A stretch of 64,000 nt of DNA from a virus. The position numbers were made by a program, and so were the translations under genes. Shown piece by piece: positions 1-12,476 of the stretch; the first letter of the stretch is position 1; the number at the start of each line of letters is the position of its first letter. A model generated the notes under the pieces. It was given only the letters and a program-made list of their open reading frames with translations. It was not told the DNA's origin and searched no databases. The stretch is taken from positions 1 through 64,000 of the IMG/VR virus record IMGVR_UViG_3300009514_000014; one strand, 5' to 3'.

Positions 1-374
1 CTGTTGTTGTTGCTGAAGCGCAAGTGCATCGGAGCCTTCGTTGACGGCGAGGTCATCGACTGTTCGAACGTCCCGACCACGCGTCGTTGGTGTGAGAGCT
101 GCGCCGACATCATGATGGGGGCTTTCGAGGGCAACCTGGTCCGTGCTGCGGCGGCCACTGTGCAGCAGGCGGCCAAGATTGCGCCCCCCATCGACTCTGA
201 GGCTGACCGCGTTGTTGACGAGCTTTTCGCTCGCCGCCAAGCCCGCATCAAGACGACTCCGATCAAGCTATGATGCAGTGGCTTGCCGCTTACGGTGTGG
301 CGGTCTTCTCTGGAGGCATCGTCATTGTCGTGTGGTGGATCATACTCAGCCCCGATGATTGATGTAAACACTTG

Positions 375-403
375 TTGACGGATGCGACAGATTAGACTAA
401 CGT
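375..403 (+). promoter_or_regulatory. sigma70-like promoter, possibly giving a leaderless transcript of 411..932
   Basis: TTGACG-N17-TAACGT; ATG 7 nt downstream with no SD. Confidence 0.5.
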
Positions 404-410
404 CGCATTC

Positions 411-932
411 ATGATTAGCCGACGAAACGCTATCAAGGGCCTCATTGCGACTGCCGCAGGCGGAGTCGCTCTCAGCCTCGGAATCGACGACGTATCCTCA
501 GCGGCACCTGTCATGTGTCCTCCTGGTTGGAAGCCGTGGGAGCGTTGCAACTTGGTCGCCTCAGACGCTCAACACTTCGAGCTTGTCGACCATCACGGCA
601 ACGAGGTGCAGCCCCCACCGGAGTTTCCTCCAGAGCTCGAGGCGCCGGGGCACGTCATCTGCCACCGACGTCTTCGCCCCGATGAGTGGACCAGGCCAGG
701 CGTCGAGTACACCGTGACAAAGGACCCGGGGCCTGTCACCCATTGTTGGGAGCGCACCACCTTTGAACACTTCAGGCCCGGTGACATCGCGCGCTTTAGC
801 CATCAAGATCCGACACAGATAGAGACTGTTGCGCGCATCGTCGGCGAGCCTAAGCGGGTGCTGACCGGGAATGATCGGCAGTGGACTTGGTCGGTGGAAG
901 TCGACTACAACTTCATCGAGGTCGTCACGTGA
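411..932 (+). CDS. hypothetical protein with twin-arginine (Tat) signal peptide
   Basis: N-terminus SRRNAIK followed by a hydrophobic stretch. Confidence 0.6.
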   Translation: MISRRNAIKGLIATAAGGVALSLGIDDVSSAAPVMCPPGWKPWERCNLVASDAQHFELVDHHGNEVQPPPEFPPELEAPGHVICHRRLRPDEWTRPGVEYTVTKDPGPVTHCWERTTFEHFRPGDIARFSHQDPTQIETVARIVGEPKRVLTGNDRQWTWSVEVDYNFIEVVT

Positions 933-934
933 GG

Positions 935-1498
935 ATGCCGACAAGACCGTCGATCACCACCTGGGTGGGTATTGGCTTCATAATTGGTGTGACGTTCGCG
1001 GACATCAAGCGCCGGTTGGCCGACCCTCCGTTATCGCACTGGGCTTGGTCCGTCGCTGCGCTCGGCGTCGTCGTGCTCCTCTGCTGGGGGTACTGGCGCC
1101 GTGAAGTGCGCTGGATGCGCGCCGACCTCACCGAGAGAGAAAAGCTCCGCACCGAAGCCGGCATCGGCAGACGCATCCAAGCTGAAGCGAAAGCCGGCGG
1201 GTGCAGGAACTGCGGATACAAGGTCGGCGAGATGGAATCTGAGCCAAGTCAGGGCCTCCTGCTGGCGGATCCGTTGGAAAGACGCTGCAAGTCGTGCGGC
1301 CTGGACTCAGTCACCGGGTTCTACCCCACGGTGGACGATCCTCGCTACACAGACCTGAACGACATGCAAGCCATCGATGCCATCGTCGATGAGGTCGAAG
1401 CCGGCCTCGCCAACAAAGGCCGCTGTAAGGCAGGCTGGGCCATGCTCAATCGGTTAAGCAACCTCCGCAGGCGACTGGACGACAAAGATGCCACTTGA
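935..1498 (+). CDS. hypothetical membrane protein with Zn-ribbon (two CxxC)
   Basis: two TM segments, CRNC/CKSC; start assumed at MPTRPS. Confidence 0.5.
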   Translation: MPTRPSITTWVGIGFIIGVTFADIKRRLADPPLSHWAWSVAALGVVVLLCWGYWRREVRWMRADLTEREKLRTEAGIGRRIQAEAKAGGCRNCGYKVGEMESEPSQGLLLADPLERRCKSCGLDSVTGFYPTVDDPRYTDLNDMQAIDAIVDEVEAGLANKGRCKAGWAMLNRLSNLRRRLDDKDAT

Positions 1499-1686
1499 GC
1501 CTACTGTCACCGTACGGCTGTATCGATGGCAAGACTGCGGATCTTGGGAGTTCGATTACCCCCCAGAGAGTGAACCGTACGAGATGCCGGAGAGCCTGAA
1601 GAGGCGCTACGAGGCCGCGCATACCGAGTACCACGCAGCGGCCGAGGCAATCCAGGAATGGAAAGACGAACAGGACGTGAAGCGAG

Positions 1687-2028
1687 ATGATCAAACGTAG
1701 AGACTTTTTGCGGGGCGTCGCAGCCACTGCAGCAGCCGTCACGACTGGTGCAGCGCTCACTACGCCGGCAGCAACCAAACCGGCAACCAAACCGGCAAGC
1801 AAGGTGCTGACGGACGTCACCTTCCATAATTGCAAGATCGAGTTCGAGCCTCACAGGGGCGGCGCTGCCATCTACGACTGCCCAGGCATTTACGACAGTA
1901 AGGGGCGAGTCATCACTGTCTCAGCACCACGCCGAGAGATATCATTGCAGGAGATCGTCGACACTATCCGAGAGCGGGAGAAGGCGCATCTCGGTAGCGG
2001 CGGCACGTGTACTTTGCCCGTAGGATGA
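1687..2028 (+). CDS. hypothetical protein with Tat signal peptide
   Basis: KRRDFLRG + Ala/Thr-rich h-region. Confidence 0.55.
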   Translation: MIKRRDFLRGVAATAAAVTTGAALTTPAATKPATKPASKVLTDVTFHNCKIEFEPHRGGAAIYDCPGIYDSKGRVITVSAPRREISLQEIVDTIREREKAHLGSGGTCTLPVG

Positions 2029-2900
2029 GCGATGAAATTCTTGACGGATAAAGAGCTCAACACCATTCGTGGCAAAGCGCTCGTAGGTGCGGCGACACCG
2101 AAAGAGATCGGCGAAGTGTTTGGTCATCTCGACAAACTCGAGATGACGCTCGACGAGCTTGACCAGCAGGACGCTCTCGGCGCTGAGGGTTGGCGCCACT
2201 CTTTCGGTCTACCAGAATAAACGGATGCGTCCCTAAACGGTGATTGGGACGGGCAGCTGCGGTGGGTTTGTGCATTGCCCTGCCAAATTAGTGCTGCCTC
2301 GGTGAAGTCAGCGCACCACTTTCGACGCCGGTAATATTCGGCACCGTGACAGCTCGGAGAGACGAGCAACCAGGAGCAACTGACATGCCGCAAGAGATGA
2401 CCAAGGAAGCCGAATGGGCCTCCACACAAAGTGACATCGCCATCATGGTGGCCGACTTCGAACGCTTCTGCGCGTACCTGGAGGGTATTGGTGAGGCCGA
2501 TGCTCCGCCATCCATGGCTCAGGTCACAGAAGCTCTTGAGGCATACGACGACGCGATAGGCAGCTTCTCGGCTGCAAGGCTGATCAAGGCTGCGGCGATA
2601 CAGGGCCCGAATGATGCCTGAGCGTGTCTGCCGACTGCGAGATGCGAAGCCGCACTGGAAGGGCACAGCCAAGCTCTTACCCGCAGGCCATCGAGGTGCC
2701 GCTGTTTATTCTGGTGGATCGCGTTACGTTGGGGGCGAGGCACCTAAAATATACGATCGGGTGGCGGCTCTCGGCGCGGTTCATGTTGTGGTGGGGTTCA
2801 GTTCTACTGGGGAGTCAGTCTGGTTTGATTCCGGCACTGGTAACTGCATCAAGTTCTGTCACTTTATTCATCGCGGGTTCGAAGAACCTAATGAGGAAGT

Positions 2901-3221
2901 GTGATGCCTAAAGACACGCCATTAAAGGTTGAGATAGTCGACGACGAGATCGTCATTCGGGTTGGCGTCTCGATCCTCAAGTGGGCCGTTGAGCACCCAC
3001 TAGACGACCGCCTGACGGTGCACAACGACGAGACTGGCAAGTTCATGTGCTTCGACATCACAGACGAAGAGGAGTTCGCCAGGGATGTGCTACGCGCCTT
3101 GAACGATGAAGACGAGCAAGGCACCACGATGGTTCACAGGCTGCTCGACAATGCGTTCGTCGAGGCCGTGGACAACGGCTCCATCGGCGTTGCAGAAGAG
3201 ATGAAAGAAGTTGTCTACTAG
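2901..3221 (+). CDS. hypothetical phage protein
   Basis: acidic ORF with SD, in a run of translationally coupled ORFs. Confidence 0.55.
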   Translation: MMPKDTPLKVEIVDDEIVIRVGVSILKWAVEHPLDDRLTVHNDETGKFMCFDITDEEEFARDVLRALNDEDEQGTTMVHRLLDNAFVEAVDNGSIGVAEEMKEVVY

Positions 3222-6200
3222 GAGACTCGACATGGCCTTGACCGTCAAAGAGTTGTACGACAACTTGTGGAAGATGATTCGTGATGGGCACGGTGGCGCC
3301 GAAGTGCTCTTTGATACTGACGCTCAGCGCTATGACACTCATCTGGTGCCGGTAGATTCAGCGCTCATCTACTCACCTGACGACGGTCCGATTTCCAAGT
3401 TGGTTCTCTCAGAAGACCACCCACATCGCGGGCACTGACAATGCGTGTCACGCTGCCTGAGACACCCGTCAACGGCGAAGGCGCGCATCTGCATGCGCTT
3501 TCTACCAGCGTAGTTGACAGTGTCCGCGACGCCGCCATTGAGGTAGTGCAGATAGTGCCCGTCATCCCTTAGGCTGCCAAAGTACATCATTGCGTACATT
3601 ATTGGTTGCTCCCGTTTGTGATGTAGACTCGCGGTGCGCGGTACGTGTCGCCGGCCGTGCTCAGCTTGTTTGCGACCCAATGTGCTCGCTGCACCTCGGC
3701 TTCGGTATCCACGACAATGACCAGGCTGCTCCAGTCGGACTCAGCCATCAGCAGGCGCTCTGCCACCCATTGTACTCGGGAGTTGGTTGTCTCGCCGAAC
3801 CGGCGCTGCTCGACAAAGATGGCCGCATGGCACTGGGCGTCTCCGAGTATCTCTCGTTGCGCCATGAATGCGGCCACGGCGTCCAGTGCTTGCGTCTGCG
3901 CTGAGTGCAGGCCAAACGCCTTGCGCACCATCTCCTCGGCCGTCAGCGAGGACCTAGCGTGGCCGATTGCCTCCTGACTGAAAACAGCCATTGATTTCTT
4001 CATCGAATTACTCCGAAACAGTAGATGGTGGAGGTTGCGGAATTGGCACTTTTGGAAGTGAACCTGGCAACGTGCAGGCCGGGAGTCTTAGCGATACGAC
4101 ACCGTCGGCCTTGACGTACGAGTCGCACTCCAGGGCCATGGGGTCCACTCCTGCCGGGTTATCCTCCGGGCACAGGATGCCACGGAACAGTTCGCACTGG
4201 TCGCAACGGAAGCGCATGCGGTCGTCGCAGATGAACACCGTAGGGCCACCGTTCAGGCACTCAAGCATACGGAGCTTGGCCAGGGGCCGCCATCGCTCGC
4301 AGCGTTTACACTGATACACTCGCCGCTTGTGGTCATCGGAGAGGCCGTTCAAGTTCAACTCGCTCATTTTGGCCACACCAGAAATGGGCACCATGTCGGT
4401 ACGACTTCAGGTGAGCCGGGCCCAACACTATTCTTGACGTATTGTGTGACAAGGGGCTGTGTCGGCTCGTCAGCCAATGTTGGATGTCGGCAAGAGCTGA
4501 CGTCGCTTTTGCCAAAATAGCAACGCCAGGAGCACTCTACGCAACCGTTAGCCGGGCGTTTGAGGGTGGCACCGTCTTTGTCGCGTTGACCGGTGACGAT
4601 ATCGTGGGTTATCTTGCAAGTCTCGCAGAGGCCATGTGTCGTGGCGTCGAATGCCATTGTTGCTGGCACGTGATCCTTGCCGCAGTCGGTGCAGCGCACA
4701 AACTCACATTCATGTGCTGGCATGGCAGCGTTTGCCAGCAGCTCCGGCTGCGGCCAGTGCTTGGCGATCACGTAGTGCGAGTCCCGCCACACAGGATGCG
4801 GTAGTTCGAGTCGCAGTGCAGTGACGCTGCGCTGCACCTCTTCTGGGCAGTCTCGCAGCCAGAGGTCTACGGCACGTTCTCGCTCTTCGGGTCCTGGCGT
4901 TGCTCCGCCTGATGTGTCTTCCATGGCTTATTCTTCCTTTTTCACTTCTTCAGCTGGCGGGTAACGGTAGCGTAACTGCCGTTCGCCGGTTTGCATTTTC
5001 ACGACTTCAACAAGACCAATTCCTAATTCTTCGTGCAGGTAGGTCACACCGTGGCCGGCTGCCACTTGAAACCGCAGAACCAGTGGCTCCTCATCCACAG
5101 TCGCCGCCCATCAATTGGGGGCCGGTCGCGTCTTGCCAGGTGTACCAGGGGCCGTCACCCAGCTTGATCTCTATGCCGTTGTCGCGCATGCAAACTGCGA
5201 ACACTCCGGCATCCGTCTTGAGGCCGATGCCGTTGTAGACTTCTTCAAGCATCAGCGCGCCTTCTTCGTCGGCGTAGATTTTCATCGCTCAGACCCGGCG
5301 TCGATCCACTTTATAATCTTGCGATACGCGGCCCTGGAATTGCTGCCGCACAGCTTTATTTCCTCGACGCATTTGGCGCGAAGACTCGAGAGATGGTTGT
5401 AGTCACCAACCAAGTCGTCGGTGCACATGCCATCGCGGTTCTTTATGATGCGCAACTTGTCGTCAGCAATGACGATCACAACACGGTGGGAGTATTGGCG
5501 GCCGAGCGCGTGTTTCTCGTCGGCGGTGACTAACACTTCATTTGACATGGTGTTGGGGTCCTTTCTCGACGCACTGCTGGTATACCTGCTCGCAGTGCAT
5601 TTTGTGTCGCCATCGCGGTTTGATTTCAGGCGCTGGCGTGTTGCACATGGTCCAGATGAGTCCTGCGCTACCGAACACCAGCAAAATTACGCAGACTATG
5701 ATTGCGGCGCGCACGCGCAGATCTTTGGGTGTCGGAGGAGTCATTAGTCTTTGAGCACCAACTCACCTGTAGTCAGGATGTGCTTCTCGATCGCCATCGG
5801 ACCCGAAAACGTACCTTTCGCGTGCAACACGGTTCGGCGGTCGATGACTCTCGGCGCGACGTTGGCCAGCTGTTGCATCGTGCGGACTGGTGACTTCTTC
5901 GACCCGTTGCCGCCCTCAGTGCCAAGCTCGGAGTCCGCGTAGAAGTGGTACGTCCTCGGCCACCGCAGCCAGTAACTCAATCGAGGGAATCGAGACTTCA
6001 CGACTCTGAACACCACGCCGACGATGCCTGGTTGCTTAAACATGCGCACCTAGAATCTCCTTGATGGTAGTGACGACGCGTGCGCCATGTGCAGACAGCT
6101 TCCACGTCGAGTAATAATGATCGTAGTCCGGACGCCACGCCCCACAACGCGCGAGACCCATCTGGTACAGCTGCCATATGCGTCGTTGCACCACGTGCCG

Positions 6201-6304
6201 TTTCATGTCGAGGCTGGCGGCCAACTCGCTGCTGGTCAACATCCGATTGGCGCGCAGCCGCAGCAGCACGGTCGCTGTCAGTTCGTCAAACTTGCCGTCA
6301 AACA

Positions 6305-6880
6305 TCATCGCAAGAAGCCTCGTCGAAAGTCCGATGCGGTGAAGATTGCCTGGAAAGGCACGAAGCGCTCGATGGACTCTCGGCCGCCCTCTTCGCGGTC
6401 GACGAGGGTCATCACGAGTTTGACGTCCATGCCAGCGTCGCGAGCCGCCTGCACGGCTTGCAGGGCGGAACCACCCGTTGTGGTCACGTCCTCGATGATA
6501 GCGACGGGGCAGCCCTTGATGAAGCCGTTGGCGCCCTCGATGAGCTTCTTGGCGCCATGATCTTTGGTTGCCTTGCGGACGTAGAAGCCGTCGTAGGCTT
6601 GCGGTTGCGCCCCGTCGGCCACCAGGGACAGTGTCGACACTGCGCTGATCAATGGGCATGCGCCGAGCTCCAGACCACCCACTGCGGCGAGGGTGCGCCC
6701 GGCGAGTTCGTGCAGCAACACACGTCCCACCAGGAAGTGCCCAAGCGCCGTCAGCGTCACCTGGCGGCAGTCGATGTAGAAGTCGCTCTCGCGACCTGAG
6801 GCGAGCTTCACAGTCTTTTGTTCATAGGCGTCTCGTAGCAGCAATCTGAACAGCTCTCCACGATTGTTTGTGATCGTCAT
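6305..6880 (-). CDS. pyrE: orotate phosphoribosyltransferase
   Basis: LASGRESDFYIDCR, VRKATKDHG, PRPP motif IIEDVTTTGGS. Confidence 0.93.
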   Translation of the reverse strand: MTITNNRGELFRLLLRDAYEQKTVKLASGRESDFYIDCRQVTLTALGHFLVGRVLLHELAGRTLAAVGGLELGACPLISAVSTLSLVADGAQPQAYDGFYVRKATKDHGAKKLIEGANGFIKGCPVAIIEDVTTTGGSALQAVQAARDAGMDVKLVMTLVDREEGGRESIERFVPFQAIFTASDFRRGFLR

Positions 6881-9800
6881 CTCGTCCCTCCGAAATTAGG
6901 GTCCGCACTACGCACCTGACTTGCGGAGCCGAAGGTGGTTGTACAATGAAACCGGGTGACCGGTTCCGACCTGAACATTTGTATATGTGTGGATAGATCC
7001 CACCCGCAAAAACGAACTGAGGAAGTTCGCGAGGTGAGGCACTAATCTGAACAGGCACTTTCATCGTCATCCGCTTCGTCAACCCGTTTGCTGTCGGGCT
7101 GAATCTTGTCGTAGGCTTCCATGCCTGGTGCGTCCCACATTTCCTCGAAGCTGGCCATCGAGGCTCTGACGCGGGCTGCTTCCTCTGGTGTCCATCCCAA
7201 GTCGGCGATGGCGTTCTCCAGAGGCAGGCAAGGATCGCTTTCATCGTCCATGACTGTCAACGCCTTTTTGTATAAAGCACGATCTTCCGCGCGATCACGG
7301 AAGAATCTCCAGATCAAAAAGACCAGTGCGAGGGTTAGGATAAAAATCAGCAGCGCAAGAGGCGTCCACCATGGCAGTCGCCAGAACCCTGCGCTGTAGT
7401 CGAGAGCTGCCAGCATTTCAATCCGCCACGTTGTGCACGTTGTGCAGCTGGGAAGGATCTTCGATACGGACCGGTCGCGGGTACAGCGTATCGAAGCCAA
7501 CTCCTGGCAGTTTGATGTAGTCGGAGTCGACCAGCTGAACTCGCAGCAACGCCGATTGGCCTGCGCGCACGATGACGTCGTCGACGTTGACAAACAACTG
7601 CATCTCTGCGCTGTTGATGGTGAACGTCACCAGGCGCTCGGCGCTGAACATGCCGCGTGACAGCGTGCATTCGATGTAGCGGTAGATGGGCATTAGAGTT
7701 CGTCGTCCTCCGGCGTGTACTCGGGGTCGTTGATCACGCCATCCTTGCGTTTGCAGATTCCAGCCACCGCCCAAAGGAAGACGACCATGATGACGATGAA
7801 TAACAAAGCTTCACTCATTTTTATTCATCCGTTGTTCCATCCGCAGGCCGCGCACGCGAGTGCCGTGGCCTTGATTGGTTCAGCGCAGCGCGGACACGTG
7901 CCGGTGGCGTACGCTTGTTTGATTTCAGTCCACGCCGCCGACTCGATGAAGGGCGTGGGGGCGGCGGCGAAGCAGTCGACTATGGCGGTCAAGGCTTTCT
8001 GTAGCGTCTTCTGCTGCGCTGCCATGCGGTCGAGACGCGACATGATGGCGTTGTGCGAGTACGCGACTACACTCTGTGTGCGGGTAGCGTGATGCCCTCC
8101 CGGTTCTAGTGTTTGTCTAGGATACATCACCGACGACGAGCAGAATGTCGACGTGCAGAAGTCGCAGAGCAACACTATCTGCTCCACCGTGTAGAGGCCA
8201 TCCTCACGGTCGTATCGCATGTCTGGCAGTTGGTCTCTGGCTGCGTGCCCCAAGGGGTACTTGTAGACTTGTAATGGCGCGTCTTCGTAGCCGCAGCTTT
8301 CGCAACCGAGGTCGTCCAGGTCTTCTGGTGGCACGACCTGCCCGATGCGGTAGATTCGTTTTGCTGGATCAATCAGTGTCATCATCGCCCCCGTATTCGG
8401 CCAGCAGGCGTCTAGCTTCGTCTAGAGCTCTCTTGCCCGCACCGAGTGGCATGTTCAGTGAAGCTCGCAGCCTGGCGTCTATCTCGTGGGCTTCAGCTTG
8501 GCGCAGCAACTGTTCTTGCTCGTCGGTCAGCTCTTCGTCCTCGTCCGGTTCTGAAAAGCGGTGCGGCCACATGCGAAGGCACTTGTTTTCGAGAGCGAGC
8601 ATGTAACGATGGGGCCCGATGTAGCCGTCTCTTCGGGAAAAGAAACTCATTACCTGCACGAGTTGGTCGACGAGTTCTTCTATAGCCACCGCCGAAGGTT
8701 TTAAGAGCGGCGGTGTACCTTCTTCGTAGTCATCAGCTGGCGTCATTTTCTTTTTCACTTATGCAGGGGTGTTCTACTGGCTGCAGGGGTGGGTCTGGCG
8801 CAATCCCGCTCTTGCTCCGTCCGTTGTGCAAAAACAGGCGCGGCTTGTTGCAGTTGTAGCAACGTCCTCCGTCGACCATCACGCACGTGTAGACGTAGCC
8901 ACAGGAGCCGATGTACGCCTCGCTGATATAAATGCTCGTCTGTGCTGTCGCACGGTCGTAACGGTAAATGCAAGCGCGTCCAGGGCGCGTCTTGTCTAAT
9001 CGCTCATTGAGCGCGGCTAGCTCTGGGGTCGGTGGCTCCAGACGGAACGCGACAAGGTTGAACTCCGGAGTATCGCGTACGCCAACCGTCCACGGCACAG
9101 CGGGGCGTCGTCGGTCTGGGTGCTGGTACTCGATGCGTCGTGCATCCCAGTCCGAGATATTGGCGATGTACTCGGCGCTAGGCCCGCTCACGGATTGGTC
9201 CTTTGGTCTCTTCGAAGCGAACGATCTTGTCGCGCACCACCTGGCCGCCGCATTTGAAGGGGCAGTCATCGTGGATGGTCACTGGAGGCAGAACCTCTCC
9301 GGGGTTGTCGACGAAGCAACGGTTGGTGCACTCGAGCGTATAGACCACGGAGATGCGCCCCAGATTGCCAGGCATCAAGTCGAACATGCCGTTGATCAAG
9401 GCGAGCGGCGTCAATCCTCCGGTCGTGTACGTCCCCTGCACGTACTCGCGGATGGGCACGGGAATCGGGATGCGGGGATGATCGCACATCGACCGGTTGC
9501 AGGTGACCTGTGCGTTGAACAGCAACGACATCGCATCACGGTCCGACTCCAAGAGACCGTTGAGATATTGAATGACGTCCGGCAAGTGAGCAGTCCGCAC
9601 GGCAAACGAAAGGAGCTCGTCGTGCGGTGTTTTGATTTCCGGTGATTTGATTGGCGCGTCCAATGTCGTGGTTCCTTTTCCGTCAGTGAAGACTGCAGCG
9701 TGTCCGGTGCAGGACTCCTCGAACTTTCTTTCAAGCGCATCAAGCTGCGCCGTGATGTCTGCGCGGTAGCCCATTAAACCGCCACCCCCATGTCGCGCTC

Positions 9801-10249
9801 TACCATCTCTGGTAGCACCAGCAGTTCCGGGTCGAGGTCCTCTTCGCAGCACGGGCATCGAGTGATCAATACGCCACCGTCGTCTTGCAGGTGCATGAAA
9901 ATCTCAGACTCGATGCGACCCAGTGCTACAGCGTCACGAGCAGACCAATGCAGTGCCGCCTCGCACTCGGGGCAGCACGGTTTATACTTCATGTACTCTT
10001 TACAGCAGGCAAGACAGACTTGTTGACGGAGTCCTGGCGCAAAGCACAGGTGCTCTCCGCAGAAGTACTTTCCGCACCCCCAATGGTCCCCATCGCGATC
10101 TTCAGCGCCCTCGCCTTCATGCATGCCGCCGCAACAATACCCGAGGCCCCTATCGATCGGCACTGGACACTCAGGGTGGTCGCACACTGCTGCCACGCAA
10201 TAACCCATTTCTCGTCCGTCTTTATCATAGCCGCAGTGACCCCAACCCA

Positions 10250-10702
10250 TCAGGCACCTCGCTTGGTGCGGACCATGCGGTCGTTGCCGGGCTCGGAGAC
10301 CCTGCGCCACTTGGCGCCATCCCAATGTTGCACGTCTGTGCGCATCAGCGCATCGACGGTCATCAGCTTGTCTGGACCCAGTGTGCGCTCCTCGACAGGG
10401 CGACCTTCACGGATGGCGTTGTCGATGCCACGTTGCATGCCGTCGGAGATGCCGAGGTCGGTGTAGACGATGGTCTTCCGCGCATGCGCGTGCCAGGCAA
10501 AGCCTGCCCGGATGCCGAGCTCGCGCTCGGTGTCGACGGTGTCGTGGAGCAGGCCTTCCTGATCATAGAGCAGGTGCGACGCGAAGGGTGCCTCACCGCG
10601 ATAGATGGAGTCGCGCATGCAAGCTCGTGCGTAGGCCTTGTTGTACTCGAAGTCGCCGGTCAGCGGGGACTCAAGGATTACTGGGATTGGCTTATTCGTC
10701 AT
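10250..10702 (-). CDS. conserved phage protein (nucleoside deoxyribosyltransferase-like fold)
   Basis: VILESP...YARACMRDS..RGEAPFASHLLY...YTDLGISDGM, typical of this phage family. Confidence 0.6.
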   Translation of the reverse strand: MTNKPIPVILESPLTGDFEYNKAYARACMRDSIYRGEAPFASHLLYDQEGLLHDTVDTERELGIRAGFAWHAHARKTIVYTDLGISDGMQRGIDNAIREGRPVEERTLGPDKLMTVDALMRTDVQHWDGAKWRRVSEPGNDRMVRTKRGA

Positions 10703-11867
10703 CTTCCATCTCCCCGAGAGTTTCAGTCTCTTCGAAGGTCGTGTCAGCTCGCGCAGCGAAGGACTCCGCTGTAGCGATAGGGAACTCTTTGCCGTCCAGA
10801 GGCCGCACAGACTTCGGCGCGTCAGGGTCGACGGCGTCTTGCTCGCGTATCCAACCCAGGATGGCGTTTTGGAAGGCCTGCGGTGTCATGTCAGGATTGA
10901 AGGCTGCGTGTACCACGTGGGAGCCTTGCTCGGTATCGCCGCCTACAGAGGCGCGACGGATGGCTGAGCCTTCCTCCATGAACTCTGGGCTCGGACGCTG
11001 CAGTCGCTCGAACTGCTTGTGCGCTTCCCGCACGCAGTCCTCAAGCATGCGGATGACGCCATCTTCGGTGTGCGCGTCGACGACTATCTTGGCGCTGAAG
11101 CGTCGTTTGATCGGGGAGAGTTGGTCAGACATCTGATGGGTCCTTTGTCGGCGGTAGCAGCTGCAGGCCGTTTCGTTTGCGGTGAGCTTCAATCGCTGCG
11201 TCGCTCGCGGCGGCTTGTGGGTTGATGATGTTGATTAGTTCGTCGCGGGCATCTGAGAGCGCATTCATCGCCGCATTGTAACGTTGCAGCAGCGCAGTAG
11301 GTATCTCGACCTCAAACCCGTTGAAGGGTTGAAAGTCGAACAGTGCTACTTGGTAGATGATTGCGCGCGTTTTAGTTTGGTTAGGCATCTGTGCTCGTGC
11401 CATGGTGTAAGCATCAACCCGCCCACACCGCCTTTCATTTTATGTTTCAGGTACTAGTCTGTCAACAGTTAACCTTGTGTTGGGCCGTCAGGGTACAACG
11501 CCCAAAGGGTGGGGCCACCGGGCCTGTGAGACACTTCAACGTGTGCTCTGGGGTAACGTTTTTGCAGTGCGGCTGCGAAGACTCTGATGTCCGCGTCGTC
11601 GTCCACTAGGCCAAAGACGTGGCGAAAGTGCAGTCCGCAGGTCATGCCTTTGGCGAGGTTGCTTCCGTCACCAGAATCAGTTGTAGTGTAGCCGAGCTCG
11701 TTGAGTTCGATCACCAAGTCTTTGATGCCTGGAGCCAGTGCGTTTTTTGTTGCTTCGTCCATACTGCACATCATAACGTTGTGATAAAAAAACTCAACAT
11801 TTTTTCACATACTAAAATTTAGGTGTTGACAGGCGCGACCAATTAGGTCAGAACCGTAGACAAGCAA

Positions 11868-12035
11868 ATGGAACGATCAAGACTCATAGCCACTTCGGCA
11901 TTATCCAGCGCGACATCACATCTGATGTTTAGTTGGAACGATTGCATCCTCCCCGTGGGGGGCTTGCTCGGCACGCGCATTTATGCGTCGGCCAATCAAG
12001 AGCAGGCGACCCCAAAAGGAGGCCCAGGCGGCTAA
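11868..12035 (+). CDS. putative attenuator leader peptide, 55 aa (MERSRLIATSALSSATSHLMFSWNDCILPVGGLLGTRIYASANQEQATPKGGPGG)
   Basis: ATG 11868 to TAA 12033-35; the 3' end GGCGGCT is complementary to the 5' arm of the downstream terminator; SD is weak. Confidence 0.6.
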   Translation: MERSRLIATSALSSATSHLMFSWNDCILPVGGLLGTRIYASANQEQATPKGGPGG

Positions 12036-12061
12036 GGACTCGACAGGAGTAACACGAGACC

Positions 12062-12100
12062 AAAGGCCGCCAGGGAAAACCCGGTGGCCTTTTTCTTTTT
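12062..12100 (+). terminator. intrinsic terminator/attenuator directly before the tRNA array
   Basis: AAAGGCCGCC-A-GGG-AAAA-CCC-GGTGGCCTTT followed by TTCTTTTT. Confidence 0.85.
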
Positions 12101-12181
12101 GGATGCGCTGGGCAAGTGGCGAGCCCACCCGGCTGTAAACCGGACGTGAGAGCTGTGCAGGTTCAACTCCTGCCGCATCCA
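12101..12181 (+). tRNA. tRNA-Tyr(GTA)
   Basis: GGATGCG/CGCATCC acceptor, loop CTGTAAA, TTCAACT. Confidence 0.9.
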
Positions 12182-12244
12182 CACGGAGGAGAGGTAAAGA
12201 TGGAACACGAACGAAAACCGAAGCTCGACGCCATCAGTTATTCT

Positions 12245-12317
12245 GCCTCCGTAGCTCAAAGGAAGAAGCAAGGGACTTTTAATCCCGAGGTTGCTGGTTC
12301 GATTCCAGCCGGGGGTA
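12245..12317 (+). tRNA. tRNA-Lys(TTT)
   Basis: cloverleaf, loop CTTTTAA. Confidence 0.9.
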
Positions 12318-12476
12318 TCAGCGACGAGCTGCTAGCCGAATTCGACAATCGGGTGACGTTAGCCTACGTCGGTATCTACAACGCGTTCAAGGTGCCGAAG
12401 GATTTGCTTCGTGGCGGGTCCATGCAAGAAAACATGACTCGTGCGGTTATGCGACACATGCTTCGACGGTGATTGA

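Noticed and set aside
1771-1797. 12-bp tandem repeat GCAACCAAACCG
   Set aside because: Encodes a low-complexity ATKP linker.
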